A DNA stretch of 64,000 nt from a virus, in the IMG/VR virus record IMGVR_UViG_3300031539_000007, positions 32,001 through 96,000 of that record. One strand, given 5' to 3'. A program made the position numbers and the translations under genes. Every line of letters starts with the position of its first letter. The first letter of the stretch is position 1. This document shows positions 55,717-64,000 of this stretch, piece after piece. The notes beneath the pieces are model-generated. The model saw nothing but the letters and a program-made list of their open reading frames with translations, had not been told where the DNA came from and searched no databases.

Positions 55717-56034
55717 ATGATTCACGAGCAATACACAAAACTCAAAGACGAGAATCCCAACGCCTTGTTGCTTATGAAGCTTGGCGACTTCTACGAGGCG
55801 TTCGACAAAGACGCCGACCAACTCGCGGAGGCGTGTGACCTGACAGTCACAACAAGACGCAATAGCCCTAACAAGGAGTGGCGGATGGCAGGCTTCCCGT
55901 ACCACTGGCTTGAGGGAAACATCAGGAAACTCTTGGATGCAGGGTACACGGTGGCAATTGCCGAGCAGCGGCCCAGCGACGGCGGGCGTATCGAAAGATA
56001 CGTTGAACGGGTTATCAGAAAGAAAGGAGACTAA
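55717..56034 (+). CDS. Stand-alone MutS domain I (mismatch-recognition domain) protein
   Basis: QY..LK...P.ALLL..LGDFYE.F..DA...A....L..T.R...MAGFPYH.L...I.KL...GY.VAIAEQ...IER.V.RVI. Confidence 0.88.
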   Translation: MIHEQYTKLKDENPNALLLMKLGDFYEAFDKDADQLAEACDLTVTTRRNSPNKEWRMAGFPYHWLEGNIRKLLDAGYTVAIAEQRPSDGGRIERYVERVIRKKGD

Positions 56035-57902
56035 CAATGGCAAATTGGATCGTATTGATATTTGTAGTGGCTTGCGTGATCGTCATCGCGCTATGCCTTG
56101 AGTAACAGCGTGACTAACCATATAGGAGAAAACGAAATGAAACAGCTAGACTACGCATTGAACGCAACGTACTTGGACGCCGTTGAAGGGGAGCGCGAGC
56201 AACAGCTCGATTGGATTGAAGAGGCCATCCAGATTCAACGCAACCGCATTATGGTTAAGCGGCTGCGCGCCGCCGGGGTTGAGTGCTATAGCGAGACACA
56301 CCACGGCGATATTCACCTCTGCTGGAACTACATCTACGTTACTATCCCTGGGCAGCGCATACCGGCGACCATCGCCGAATGCAAGCGCTTGCTTGACACC
56401 ATCCGCAATCTTCCGGTAGACATCGCGCTCGAACGGTGGGCTACAAAAGTAGAGCCTGTCGAAGCCGAGGAGTACACCGAAGATATGGCTCGCCGTGATA
56501 CCCGCGAAGCAAGGGCACAGTTGCGGCGCGATGTGGCCGCTGGCGATATTTCAGCAGATGCGTATGCGGATTTGTACCGCACGACATCGTTCATGGATTT
56601 GGCGCAGGTATGACATTCGACATCCACTACCAGGATGAATGTAACTATCTTGGCAGTGGATGTGTGCTAGAGTAAGAATTGTGGGGCTGGACAAGCCAGG
56701 CCCACCACAATCAGGAGGATGCTATGAGAAACATTGACGTTTGGGGAAAAATGACACGGCAAGAGCGAGTGGCTTACGCGGAAAATCAGGCAACGCAGTT
56801 CGGTGGCAATGCACGCTCAGACCGCCACGTAAAAGCGTGGTTGGCTGAGGTCAGAGACAATCCCCACAATATGAATATGGATCGATTCGAGGCTGCGGTT
56901 GCCCAGGGCCTCGAAATTCGCGCAGAGATTGCAGACCAGATTTAACAAACTCATAGGGGGGCTGGACAAGCCAGCCCCCATCACCACAAAACGGAGGATA
57001 TAATGGCAACGTGGGATATTTACGAGGTTACGCTTCTGCGCGTACAAGATGGAGACGTGATTGTCGGTGAGGCCGACAGTCCTACAGGGTGGGTGGCCCG
57101 CGTCAGCCAAGACGACCTTGTGTTGACCGAGGATGAACGCGCGTGGCTTGAACGCGAAACGCTATAACCCTTCCCCTGCTCATCACCCGTTCCGGTGGTG
57201 GGCAGCGTAGGGGCGCAAGCCACAAACTAACAGTATAGGGAGGATTGACGATGAACGAACAGGAGAAAAACGCATCGCGGGAGCGGTATCTGAAAGTTTT
57301 GAGAGATATGAACGAGGCTGTTGAGGCTGTGAAGAGTGGGAAGATGACACTGGAACAGGCTCTTGAACAGGAGAAGGCGACCCGCAATAACGGAAAGGCA
57401 TAACTCTTCCCCTGCTCATCACGACAGGGGATAATCTAAAACGAAAGGAGAAAACAATGGACGCGAAAAATATGCGCAAGGCAGCTAACGACGAACGATA
57501 CCGCTCGCTCATCGACCTAATCTTCGACCGAGCACTGGATGGGTTTGATAACGTTTCAGTGGCCCCGATGTGGGTTGCGGGCATCAAGACGCGGCTGCGC
57601 AAGGCAGGGTACACGCTATTGAAGTGGAGCGGCAGGCTCGACGATTGGGAAGGCAACTGGGTAATGATTTCCTGGGAAGGGAAGGAGAACTCGAAATGAG
57701 GGGGAAGAAGTGTAGGTTCTGTGAATCAACCGATGGCCTTTATGAGATTCCAGAGGAGGGATATGTCTTAGGGCATGTCTGCGCAAGGTGCTGGCACGCA
57801 ATCACACACATCATACAGATGTTCCTAGACGCAAAAGACCGCCTTGCGGCAGACGACTACGACTATTAAACCCTACTCATCTTTGAGTAGGAAAGGAACA
57901 CA

Positions 57903-59207
57903 ATGAAACCAGACAAAACAGACAAGATTGTTGTCGGGATTGAAACCGCACTAAAAGAACAGAAGATTCCATGCGCGGTCGTTGACGTGAAAGACGCACC
58001 ACAACTTACACGTTACGAGATTGTCCCTGGATACAAAATGCTGTCACCGAACAGCAGGACGCCGCGCCAGCGCGTGCCGATTCGCGCAATTGCCAGCGCG
58101 ATTCCTAACATCATGGCACAGCTACGTAGGGAAAAGATGTCGTTGTACCAAAACGGCTCAGTATACATCATCGTCCCGAAAGAGAAACGAGACCTGGTAA
58201 CACTGAGGGACGTGCGCACGCTGCCTGGGTCGCTGGTGGCAAAGTTCGGCATCGACATCGACGGGAACAGTTTGGCGGGCGACATAGCAGCGATGCCACA
58301 CCTGATGATTTCCGGTTCGACCGGCTCTGGTAAAAGCGTGTTTATCTCCAGCTTGGTGACATCGCTGATCGAGCGCTACAGCGAGAGGCAATTGGGGTTT
58401 GTGATGATTGACCCCAAGAGAGTTGAGTTGCAGGCGTACAAGCGAATCAAGCATCTTCTGCTACCTGTAGTGACAGATATTGAAAACGAGGCGGGTGTGG
58501 CTATCGACTTTGTGATAGCGGAGATGATGAGCCGTTATCGGAAGATGGAAAAGGCAGAGGTAAATCTGGCGAGCCAAATCGGAATCCCGTATCTCATCTT
58601 ACTCATAGACGAGTTCGCCGATATGGTAATGCGGGACGAAACGCTCCCCGCGAAGATTGCCAGCATAGCGCAAATGGGCAGGGCCGCTGGTATTCACATG
58701 ATATTTGCTACACAGCGCCCCGACGCCAGGGTGGTTGACGGGATTATCAAGGTCAACTTTCCTGCACGAGTGGCGTTTGCACTTCCAGATGGCGTGAATA
58801 GCCGTATCGCCATTGGGAAACTTGGTGCAGAGAACCTGCTAATGCGAGGGGACGGGTTGTACGTATCTGGCGGCGGTGACACAATCCGCTTTCAAGGATG
58901 CTTTGTATCAAAGGATGAAATCAAGGCTATTGTACAGGCCAACCTACGAGAAGGCCCGCTTCCAGGATTGTCGCCAGCGTCATCCACGCAATCACATGCA
59001 TCCTCGCGGCCACGCCGAGACTACAGCCAGCATCATTGGACTGTGCAAATTGCCCTATTTGTGCTCAGGGCAATTTGGTTTATAATTAAGAATGTAGCGA
59101 TAGGCATTGCGTTTGCCCTGGGCATAGTGATAGGCATAGTGGCCGGGGTGATAATGTGGGTTTTCGGTATCGACCCGCAACCCAAGAAACGGAAAAGGAG
59201 AAAGTAG
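57903..59207 (+). CDS. FtsK/SpoIIIE-family DNA translocase with C-terminal hydrophobic anchor
   Basis: MPHLMISGSTGSGKS, MIDPK.VEL, EM..RY, LIDEFAD, GRAAGIH.I.ATQRP, IK.NFP.R.AF, GAE.LL..GD.L. Confidence 0.9.
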   Translation: MKPDKTDKIVVGIETALKEQKIPCAVVDVKDAPQLTRYEIVPGYKMLSPNSRTPRQRVPIRAIASAIPNIMAQLRREKMSLYQNGSVYIIVPKEKRDLVTLRDVRTLPGSLVAKFGIDIDGNSLAGDIAAMPHLMISGSTGSGKSVFISSLVTSLIERYSERQLGFVMIDPKRVELQAYKRIKHLLLPVVTDIENEAGVAIDFVIAEMMSRYRKMEKAEVNLASQIGIPYLILLIDEFADMVMRDETLPAKIASIAQMGRAAGIHMIFATQRPDARVVDGIIKVNFPARVAFALPDGVNSRIAIGKLGAENLLMRGDGLYVSGGGDTIRFQGCFVSKDEIKAIVQANLREGPLPGLSPASSTQSHASSRPRRDYSQHHWTVQIALFVLRAIWFIIKNVAIGIAFALGIVIGIVAGVIMWVFGIDPQPKKRKRRK

Positions 59208-59208
59208 A

Positions 59209-61790
59209 ATGCTAACCATTTACCTGAATGAAAGAATCACAATCTGTGCAATTCTGTGGGAGTTGTGCGAGGCGCTTGGGTACGACGAAAATGTCCGCAA
59301 CCTTGCCGAGAAAGCGATTGCGAAGTACGGCAAGACCAACCGCCTGGCGGTGATGGCAAACGGCAACACAGAATTACCAGATGAAGTTCTGTGGCTGCTT
59401 GAGCACACGGAGGATGACAAATGACCACTATGCAACTCCAATCAAGCAACAGTGGTTTGGGCGTCCTGGCAATAACGGCGCTAATTGTGTTGGCGATAGT
59501 AGCTATGTTTGTATCACGCGCAGGGGAGGTTGAGCAGAGCGATGGCATTGCCGTAGAGTATGGTGCCCACGCCGAGAGTCATGGTGTGGAAGCTAACTTG
59601 GCGCGCCGCTGCTTCGGCGAGAACGGCACAGTGGCTAAGTTCAAACAAGAAGGGCGATTCGCACGGCTATGCCAGTTCGGTGACGGCTGGGTTGCACTGC
59701 AAATCCTAGTCGAAGCCGGTGGGGTTATGCAGGAAGTCAGTTCGTACATTCCGCACCTTACAGACAGCACCTTACAAGGAGTCAAGGACTGGATGCTCAG
59801 GTGCGGATGGGTCGCCTATAACGGGGTGATCCCGTGAAACTCTGTGATTGCACCGAGCCTGGCAAGTACTGGATGCAGCGACCGCACTGGGACGGCAAGC
59901 TGCCAGTAAGCATCGAAGACCGTGACGGAATCTTGTACATTGTAATGAGCGGCGCGAAACCACAGCCGCTAGACCTAGTAAAATACGCCCTGACGGGGGC
60001 GGCCCTAGAAGAAAGGATGGTGTTGTAATGATTATGTGGCTTGACAGAGACTCAGGAACAGGATATGGTGTGTGCAGTGTTGGCAATATGCTCGCGCAGA
60101 GCATGATGACGCCGCGCGAGTACAACAAGGACACTGGGCGGTACGACGACGACTGGCCCTCAACCGTCGCGGTTAAGGGGCCGCAGGATAAATACACCCA
60201 AGAGGAGCTGGATGCTCTTAATGCGTTCGGAGCAGAGATGACGGCACGCTATGACGAGGTGTTCCGCTATCGTATGGGGTGTAACCTAATCATCATCGAC
60301 AAGTACGGTGAAGATAGTTGGATGCGCAAGCGGCAATCGTGGGATTATGGCTCGATGTTCTCGCCTACGCTGCGAGAAGCACTCGACACATTCAGAAAAG
60401 GAGTATAATGGACACCTTCACTTTCAGTACGCTATTTGCAGCGCTCTTGTACCTTGCGGGAGTGGTGATTCTGTCAGATGCGGAAACCACAGCCGCAGAA
60501 ATCCTCTTCGGGGTTATCCCGCTCTTCATTGCACTCGCGTGTTTCTTCGCAATGTTGCTGGTGAGCGGCGTCGTAGGAGGAGTATAGGAAATGAAATATA
60601 GGGTTATCACTGAGGCAGACTTACTTGCGGGCCGTCCACCAGACCCGCCATACACACAAGAGATGCGCGATGCAGTAGAGCTGTTCAAGACCGCGCTGCA
60701 ACCACGAGCAATCGGGGCGCCCGTCGAAGAGTCAAGATGCAACTGTGGCGCAATTCATCTCCGCGCCGGGCACGTAACGGAAGTGCTCCCGCCTACAGGG
60801 AAGTACGGCGCTTACCAGCTCGCAGAATGGTATTTGTGGGCATTCAAAGTAGAGACCGAGTGTGGACAAGTGTACTCTGTGTGCTCGTCAATCATCTTCG
60901 ACACAGACGAATTCATTGCCTGGCACGCACAATACTTCAAGCCAGAATGGAGCGAGTGATGCTATGAACTACTTGCATAGCATCGACATAGCCGAGATTG
61001 TGGAGGCGTACCTTGACAGCGAGGGGGCGGGGGAACGCTTCGTAACGTTCGCAGACCTACTCACACATGAGTTGAACGGGTTGCTTGTGTCTGTCTCTAC
61101 TCGTCAAGTGAACAAGCGCGACATCGCAGACGACTGCGAGGAACTGAAGGGAATCCTCGCAGAGCTAAGGATGTTCTCGCCGAAGATGACCGATAACGAC
61201 GTGCTAGACATCCTGGCGATGTTGCGGGACTGGGGCAATACGTATATGGGTAACAACACAAGGCTATGCAATGTCTTGGGCGCTAATCTAAAAGGAGAGA
61301 CAAAATGAATAGGCGTGAATTGAAGAAAGCATTGATGGAAGGCCAGTACACTGGTAAAGTGAATGTCACGGTGCTGCAACAGGCTCCGTACACCTGTGCC
61401 ACCGTCTCGTTTGTAGGAGAAGACGGCAATGAGTACGACGGTATCGGATTCTCGAAGTGCAAACCAGGCGATGTCTTCAGCGAATCCGCAGGCATTGGCC
61501 GCGCAAAGTCGCATGCGTTTAATATGGCGATGGCGAAGATGCCACAGCCCGCCAATAGCGAAGCCGACATAAATATGTGGCACAGCACACCCCCGCCCGC
61601 CGAGAGCGAAGAGCCGAGGATTGGCAAGGAGACGCGGCTGGTTGATAAAAAGTCTGGTGAGTTCACAGCCGTGTGGGAAGTATACGAACTGTACGGGGTG
61701 TCTGGGCCGGTGTACTTCAGAATGAAAAACGGGATGTGCCTCACGAGAAGCGGGCTGCTTGAGAAATACGACGTAGTTGTGCCCGCTTGA
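59209..61790 (+). other. Cluster of small hypothetical genes, some with TM segments
   Basis: Coupled ORFs 59209-59424, 59421-59837, 59834-60028, 60028-60408, 60591-60959, to 61308, 61305-61790. Confidence 0.55.
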
Positions 61791-61814
61791 CACCCGGCGT
61801 AATCGTGGTAATAT
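61787..61814 (+). promoter_or_regulatory. Sigma70-type promoter with extended -10
   Basis: TTGACA-N16-TAATAT with TG. Confidence 0.65.
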
Positions 61815-61820
61815 TGGTTT

Positions 61821-61901
61821 GCCAGTAGACGCTGGCAACCTCCTTTCTGAGTGCGGTGGTGGCTAGGAATGTGTCTGTCAGGGCACTAGCCACCACCGCA
61901 C
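61821..61901 (+). ncRNA. Candidate small RNA or leader: hairpin - ACCTCCTTTCT - 16-bp stem
   Basis: GCCAG/CTGGC hairpin, unpaired anti-SD, GTGCGGTGGTGGCTAG/CTAGCCACCACCGCAC stem, directly after a promoter. Confidence 0.45.
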
Positions 61902-62115
61902 AAAACATTATGGTATAACCAAAGGAGAACAATGAGAAACTTCGAGAATTTCGACACTAAGTTTGAGAAAGCGCAAACTCGTATTGAGAAAGCGCGGGTG
62001 TTAGCTGGTATTGTTTCGCTCATAGTCACTGTGTTGAGCGTCGTCACAGTCGCCTTCTTCTGTTGGGTAATCGTCATGGTGATGCGCCACTTCGGGATAA
62101 TTATCTAGGGTTATC

Positions 62116-62189
62116 GCTGGCGATGCTCAACAGGCAGAGCGCCCGTTTTGTAAGCGGGGATAGAGGGGGTTCGAGTCCTCCCGCCAGCT
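62116..62189 (+). tRNA. tRNA-Thr(UGU)
   Basis: Acceptor GCTGGCG/CGCCAGC, D stem GCTC/GAGC, anticodon arm CCCGT-TTTGTAA-GCGGG, T arm GGGGG-TTCGAGT-CCTCC; no encoded CCA. Confidence 0.8.
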
Positions 62190-62199
62190 TGCGAGGTTT

Positions 62200-63782
62200 T
62201 TGTTTAACAGAAAGGAGATACCGATGGAAGACCGAGTACATAAGCTAGAGTTATACCCCGATGAGACCGAAGAGCGCTGCGACCAATACGATGACGACGA
62301 GCAAGAGTGGTACGATAGCCTAGAACCACTCGACCCATTCGGCGATGACGACGACGACTACTACTACGTGTACTACGACTACACGCCAGCGCGCTTCTGG
62401 GAATGCGAGCTGTGCGATGGCGGGCGCTTCGCCTGCGAGATTCCCTGTGAGTTGTGCGAAGATACAGGGCTGCGCTGGCGGTGGGCGCGCCAGTTCGCGG
62501 CTGTGTACTACTGGCTGCGGGCATACTGGCAGCGCATCTTCGCGCACTGTCCGTCGTGTATGAAACTAGAGTTCGTGGCTGGCAAGAGGGTAGGCAAACA
62601 CGACGATTGCTGCCCATTCTAGGGAACTGTGACGCTTGGCGCGAATTTGTGTGTCAAGTGTCACTCGCTTTCTGGGATGGATGTGTTAGACTAAATAGAA
62701 AAGAAAGGAGCTTGGAATGAAGACTGCAAAAGAACTATTTAGGTATATCGTTCCTCTCATGTGTGTCATCGGCGCTGTGCTAATGGCGTTCAACGGCATC
62801 GAGAATTGGGGCTTATTGTTGCTCATTGCGCTGCTGCTGCTAACGCATCAGTTCATGTAGAAAGGAGCTTGGAATGAGTACAGATATTCATATCCGCTTG
62901 GCTGCAATTACCGCAATCTCGCTTGAATCAATGAGCGACATCGTGTTGGCCGTTGCGAGTAACGCCGTGCAAGGGTTCGGCAAACTTAGTACAGAAAACA
63001 TGGCCTTCTCTCATCTGCGCGAGCTTGGCTTAATCAGAGAGGACGGTGTTCCGATGGATAAAGAGTCACTGATTGCAGCCCTGTCAGCGGTGATTAACGG
63101 CAGAGTGGAAGCCGGTACTTGGGGCAAGGAGTAGTATGACTAGGAATCAAAAGGCTGGCACCGCGCTTGGTATTATCACAGTATGGTTTATGGCGAGAGT
63201 CGCACTCCAGCTAGTCATAGAGCACACTGGTGGAGCGTATGCGCTAGTCCCGAAGATAGTGTTCCTCTGCTGTCTTGTGCTATCTCTCGTCTTAATCGCC
63301 GACTAATACAGAAAGGAGAACAATGTACACTAACGCTATGCAACCCGATGAAGACTGCTGTGGCGTCTGGCCGCTCATCGCGTCATCTTTTGAGTGGACG
63401 ACCCCGCGACTATACCCGCATCTTCTCACGACACCACATATCGTAGGGGATGATGATATTAAATACTTCGTCAACTTCTGCCCCGCTTGTGGGAAACCAG
63501 CACGCAATCGCATAATGCGCAGTGCAGTCTGGTAGGGATGCCAGTAAGGAGCTAGTAATGCACTGGGAACCGGTGTCGAGGCTGGACGAGATTCTTGAAG
63601 AGGGACAGGAAGCACTGTTCCGACTCGCCGACGGAGACTTCTGTAGATTCTACTGTAAGTGCTATCGTAGTCACGGTGTTCTGTACGACGAGCGCGGCGA
63701 GTACGAACTGGAGCACGAAGGTGGGTGGAAGGCAACGCACTTTATGGTTATCGACGAGCCAGAAGGAGATACTAATGGATAG
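62200..63782 (+). other. Small hypothetical genes, including an acidic Cys-rich protein (62200-62622)
   Basis: RBS-preceded ORFs; CELCDGG...CELCEDTG motif. Confidence 0.5.
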
Positions 63783-64000
63783 CGAATCGTATAGCGATAT
63801 GAAGAAATTCACCAGGGTAGAATACTTCGCTATTGAATCGGATGACCTTGACGAAATCATTAAAGAGAACTTCGATGTGCGTAGAGATTGGACTATCATT
63901 GCCATAGAAGAACTTAGTAATGACTCAACGAAAGAGTTCTATGTTACACCAGAAAAGCTGAACCTTAAATGGCACAACCTTGACGATATGTACATAACCG

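Noticed and set aside
1-64000. Stop-codon recoding
   Set aside because: Conserved genes translate full length in code 11, and TAG/TGA act as normal stops followed by new RBSs.
1-64000. Prophage boundary, integrase, reverse transcriptase/DGR or retron
   Set aside because: No host housekeeping block, recombinase motifs or RT motifs seen in this window.

Overview
The window is a 64-kb segment of a large tailed dsDNA phage (Caudoviricetes-like), standard genetic code. From left to right: (1) 1-10.9 kb, a minus-strand head/packaging module (partial major capsid, DUF2190-like capsid cement, ChaB-protease-scaffold fusion, portal with MuF-like tail, holin-like protein, TerL, TerS) interrupted by a plus-strand block that ends in a DNA methyltransferase. 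(2) 11-23.7 kb, plus-strand genes: HNH, metallophosphoesterase, resolvase-like nuclease, RecA, LAGLIDADG endonuclease, a 1145-aa glycosidase/amidase and a class II RNR. (3) 23.8-40 kb, minus-strand genes: two MTases, beta clamp, phosphoesterase, DUF932, an FtsK-like ATPase with membrane partners and many small ORFs. (4) 40.2-41 kb, a repeat-rich non-coding divergence point. (5) 41-64 kb, a plus-strand early-like region. The most striking feature is at 42.6-55.4 kb: 27 copies (manual count) of a 15-bp palindrome, TTCTAGT(C/G)ACTAGAA, divide small, apparently promoterless genes into cassette-like units, often supplying the stop codon and abutting the next RBS. An HTH/coiled-coil gene and a highly structured non-coding segment lie just upstream. 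A second 18-bp palindrome (CTACTCA-N4-TGAGTAG, 9 copies), a candidate anti-Shine-Dalgarno small RNA, a stand-alone MutS domain I, a second FtsK and a tRNA-Thr are also present. A Chloroflexota host is only an inference from the lysin architecture. All family calls are from motif recognition by eye; no searches were run.
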